A stretch of 54,087 nt of DNA. Origin: Psammoneis japonica (Eukaryota). Where the stretch lies: assembly GCA_008632985.1 (NCBI GenBank), contig QPGO01000339.1, forward strand, positions 1 to 54,087, written 5' to 3'. Below the pieces are notes generated by a model. The model worked only from the letters and a program-made list of their open reading frames with translations, was not told the origin of the DNA and did not search any database. Positions 50,201 through 54,087 of this stretch are shown here, in pieces (the first letter of the stretch is position 1; every line of letters begins with the position of its first letter). A program made the translations under genes and the position numbers.

Positions 50201-50560
50201 TGGGGACATAAGAATGATTTTAGCCAGTGGCTAAAATTTTGTGTAGACACATACCAGGTTTGTACGCTGGTATATTTTCTACACAGAAAATATTTACTTT
50301 CCATTTTACAGATACTATAAATGTCATATCTGTTACGGTTTGCTGCTAACTATAACGTTCGTTAATATAAAACATTCAGCTTTTAAGCGTTTAAAAATAA
50401 ATACAAAAACAAAAAACTACAAATAATAGTACATATGTATATAAAAGAAAACAATGGGGTGGCGTTAAAAGGCGTTATCATTTTAAATATATCGCATACC
50501 AGGAGAAATGCGTAGAATTCTACAGGAGGTTTTTAGCCACTGGCTAAATTTTTATTCGGT
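50201..50560. mobile_element. Second copy of the MITE, inverted relative to 7528-7889, with the last ~8 bp of the right TIR missing
   Basis: TA|tggggacataagaatgattttagccagtggctaaaattttgtgtagacacataccagg... aligns along its length to the reverse complement of 7528-7889. It ends ...ggctaaatttttattcggta without tgtcccca. Confidence 0.9.
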
Positions 50561-51494
50561 AACCTTGAAATAAGGTACAAAACTACACGACATACAGAAA
50601 TGTCTCGTTCGCACCCACACATCATCCTTTGACTTCTTTGCAATTCACCACCCTTGCGATCCGTTCTGTCACCTGCCTCTGGTCAACACATGTGTGGCAA
50701 TTCCAATTTTTGCATTTGTCACATCCATTCTCTGCGCATTGTGCACGCTGTTTGAGTTTTTTTTTGTCTGGCCTCACAAGCAGTCCCGCTGTCTCCTTTT
50801 TTGGTGTCTGGGTTTGGCGGGCCAAAGAAGAGCCATCTGGTGCAGTTTTGCAGACCAGTGCAGGCATGATTTTTTGGCAGTTCGCACAGCCACCATTGTG
50901 ACTTTTGGCCATGATGCTCCTGTCATTGTGGTGACAGTTCTTCCCCTGTCTTCCACCGCGCTGTCCTTCCTGCCGACCGCAGCCGACAGAGCCCTCCCTG
51001 GTTGCTTTCTCTGCTGTGGCACAGCAGGGGCAGGGGCAAGAAAGTGAAAAAGTGGATGTTTTGCACACAGCCACAGATTTTGCACAGTTGAAAACTCAGA
51101 AATGAGCTCACGAAACCAGAACAATGTCTCTTTCGCTGGCACGTGTTTTGCACCATCAGAGCTTGCATTGCAGTGATCCAGACCACCTTTCTCATGGTCA
51201 TTTTTTTAATCTGTTGCAGCACAAAATTTTGCTGTTTCAAACCTTGATGGTCATGCAGCTGGCAACAACATGTCAACTGTGACAGATGAACATTTTTGTG
51301 CTGTGGGATCAGACCCCCCCTGCCTCCCCATCAGGAAAACATGCTTCGCTGTGAAACAGGGACATGTTTTCCCTGTGAGAGTGCCCACCCTCTGTCCCTG
51401 CAAAACCTGTAAATTGGAATCATTTGTGTTGCACCACAAACATTCCATTTTGTTATTTGCATTTAAATCAAATGACGCTGATGGAGACAACACC

Positions 51495-52020
51495 CCAGAG
51501 TTTGCAGCAGCAGCTGCAGCTCGCTTTCTTTTGAAGTGCCGCTGCTGGCAGCCACCTTGTTCATTGCCAAAAAAGTGCAGGGTGCATTGTGAGAGCACAA
51601 TGAGGATGAACTGACACTGCCAACAGGAACAGCACAACATGGGCTTGCTGGTGCATCATCCAGTGCTGCTGATTCTGGAGCAGGCGAGTTTGTAGCATGA
51701 GCTGCTGTTGCATGATTTGAAGTGCCGCTGCTCCACTCCACCTCATTCATTGCCAAAAAGAGCAGAACACGTTGTGAGAGCACAACACAGATGAACCAAC
51801 ACAACCCACAGGAATGGCAACATGGACTTGCCAGTGCATCCAACGATGCTGATTCTGGAGCAGGTGAGTTTGCAGCAGAAGTGCTGTTGCTCTGATCCAC
51901 CTCATTCATTGCCGAAAAGCACAGAGCACATTGTGAGAGTGCAACATGGATGAACTAACATGAACGGCAACACACACTTGCCGGTGCATTGGTGCATCTG
52001 GCATTGCTGATTCCGGAGCA
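51495..52020. repeat. Degenerate tandem repeat, ~3 units of ~160-186 bp
   Basis: Recurring ttcattgcc(a/g)aaaa...ttgtgagag...gatgaac...gctgatt(c/t)ggagca; anchors near 51560, 51746 and 51905. Confidence 0.85.
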
Positions 52021-52128
52021 ATGTAGACACCGGTGTGCGGTGCAAGACATCAAGCACCCAGCTCCACCCCCCTGCAACTCAAAGAAAACACAGAAAGAAA
52101 GCATGTGAGCAAGCAAAAAACATCTTAA

Positions 52129-52690
52129 GTGCCACAGAACGAACTTGCTGGAATGGCCATGAGAACAAGCACCACCTGCATGTGCACCACACTGTGCAAG
52201 GCACTGCATGAACAACAAAGTCATGTGGAAATGACTGGGTTCACCCTGCACCTCCCATGCTGTGGATGGTTCATCGATGACATGTTTAGAGCATGGACCA
52301 GAAACAGTGGAGAGACTTGGCAAGCCTTTAAAAATGAGCTTGACAACTCAGGCAACCTCCAATGGGTTGCCTCCCCACTCTCTGCCTCTGCAGTTTTTCT
52401 GGATCTGGACAAAAATTGGAAAAGACAGATGTGATGCAAGTGAATGCATCAAAAACCAATGAAGCTCTTTTTGTGCATGCCTTTTTCGAAGAGTGTCACA
52501 TGTGGCAAAGAACTTTTCATGCGTGTGATTCTGAGAGCTGCAGGAACAAGCACCGCCTGCAGTCTTTCTGGATCTGGGTGTGTGGAAATTGGAGAAGACG
52601 GGTGCATTGTCAGCAAATGCATCAAAAACCAATGAACCTCTTTTTGCACATGCCTTGTTTGAAGAGTGTCATTTGTGGCAACTTGTGATG
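52129..52690 (+). mobile_element. Decayed Penelope-like retroelement reverse transcriptase fragment with a duplicated C-terminal piece
   Basis: GMAMRTSTTCMCTTLC (GxAMG..Y..LY), CCGWFIDDMF (YY.RFIDD; FIDD at 52270-52281), AVFLDL, and HQKPM(K/N)LFL(C/H)MP twice, matching the PLE thumb motif YQKPxNLxLYIP. Confidence 0.8.
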
Positions 52691-52914
52691 ATTTTGGATG
52701 CAAAACTCTGACATGTGCGATTGTGCCAACACTGTAGAAAAGTGAGCTTGTGACGTGCATGCACACAAGAACGACATGCGCCAGCAGCTCAGCATTCTGG
52801 ATGCGGCAGATTCATGACAGCACACTCGCGATCACAAAACTCAAGCGGTGCCTGAATCAAAACCTGTCTTGACCAACCAGAAGGACAGCAGGTTTCACCA
52901 TGCATTGAGCTGCT

Positions 52915-53110
52915 GTCATCGGCCAGTGGGGTGAAGTTTTTTACCACCACCATGGCTGGTTGTTGATTTGCAGATTTGCAACCAAATGTGGAATCCACAT
53001 GAATCATGACAGCACACACTCTCACTTTTTGACTTTTGGGGAGAGGGTGCACCATTGTGAAGCATGCAGAAAATTGTGCATGTGAAAAAAATGCTGAAAA
53101 TGCCATGGAC
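52915..53110 (-). repeat. Diverged inverted homolog of 33810-33990 (upstream region plus start of the long ORF)
   Basis: HAQFSACFTMVHPLPK..CAV..VDST..AM..NFTPLADD here versus HAQFSAHFTTARPLPK..CAV..VHST..AM..DFTPSDD at 33838-33990. Confidence 0.8.
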
Positions 53111-54087
53111 CAAGGGGCTGCAAAAATCTGGGAAGCATGGAGAGGAGTTGAAAGTGGAGGGTGGGTCATGGTGTGCATGAAGCAGACTGCACACGTGCAA
53201 ACACACGCATGTGAGTTGAGGAGGGCCAAAGTGGAAGCCAAGTTCAAATTGATGACCATCAAAAGGAAACCAAACTGTGCATCACAAAATGCAGATGTCA
53301 ATCCCAACCAAATTGAGCATTGCGCACATTTGATTGAAGCTTGTGCAAGAAAAGCTGATGAGACATCAGACCAAATGCAAAAAACAACTGCAATTTGTTG
53401 AGCACTGTTGCCGGCAGTTTTCAAATTTTGCTTGTTAACAATTTTGACAAGGCACATCAAAAAATTTACAAAGGGAAGTGGAAACCACTGCATTGGGGCA
53501 TCTGATGACACTGACAAGACCTGCCATGCTGCAGCACACATTCAGATTCTCCAATGCACTGGGCACCTTTGGCACTGACAACAAAACTTCCATTTGGTCT
53601 TGCCCAACTTTGGCAGATGGCTGCAGATTTTTGTGGTTGCCAACTTGGGAAGAGATGAACCATGCTGGAGCCCAAAGGCCAAGATGCAGGGGTGAGGAGG
53701 TGATGTCCAGCCAAGATGCAGTGAGTTGCACGTGGGAGCGATGATGCCAACAGCTCTTGCTCTTTGTCCAATGAGGCACCAGCTGAACAGTGGGCAGAAA
53801 AGGTGGCACCTGGGCACAATGGCCAAGGAGGATGCTGCTGCTCTGCCAAAAACTGCAGCAAGAGTCACAAAAGGAGCTTTGTTTCTTCTCAACAGACCAA
53901 GTTCTAAGAGCATCAACATTGCCAATTATTTTGGACATGGTGGTGAACCAAGTTGTGGAGTGGGCAATGTGAAATGGTGCAAATTTGTCTTGGAGAGTGA
54001 GCAGATGATGACACTGGCTTCCCCAATGTTGCTCTGTGTAACTTCAAAGGCTGGAACAAAGACAGACTTGAAAATTTTTCAACGTTC

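Larger units (their letters stand above)
50597..54087. mobile_element. Strongly TpA- and CpG-depleted block of nested, decayed repeats running off the window end
   Basis: Hand count of ~17 TA in ~3490 bp. Contains a tandem repeat, a Penelope-like RT remnant and a segment homologous to 33810-33990. Confidence 0.75.

Noticed and set aside
50622..53972. Many Cys/His-rich ORFs that look like zinc-finger or metal-binding proteins
   Set aside because: Cys/His excess and ORF length follow from TG/CA enrichment and loss of TAA/TAG stops. Only the RT fragment has a recognisable motif order.

Overview
Eukaryotic nuclear DNA, most likely from a diatom: short GT-AG introns, bipartite and tripartite plastid presequences, a PsbU-family gene, plastid-type Mfd and a diatom-style LRR gene. 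About two thirds of the window is ordinary compact gene space: ABCA transporter, SDR, GT8, GCN1, DEAD-box helicase, VTI1, PsbU-like protein, Mfd, STK19, a GT69/CAP59-like glycosyltransferase, a SAM methyltransferase and several hypotheticals. There are also two inverted copies of a ~360-bp TA-flanked MITE. The standout signal is a set of sharply bounded repeat/mobile-element blocks (about 1-141, 32.7-41.7 kb and 50.6-54.1 kb) in which the dinucleotide TpA is strongly depleted. Approximate hand counts are ~5/kb and ~11/kb versus ~47/kb in GCN1. Aligned internal repeats and a recognisable Penelope-like reverse transcriptase show the same site as TA, TG or CA (Tyr->Cys/His, Ile->Met). This points to repeat-targeted A:T->G:C hypermutation at TpA, the opposite direction to fungal RIP, acting alongside ordinary CpG decay. 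I do not know of a described system with this signature; the mechanism is inference and needs genome-wide and literature checks.
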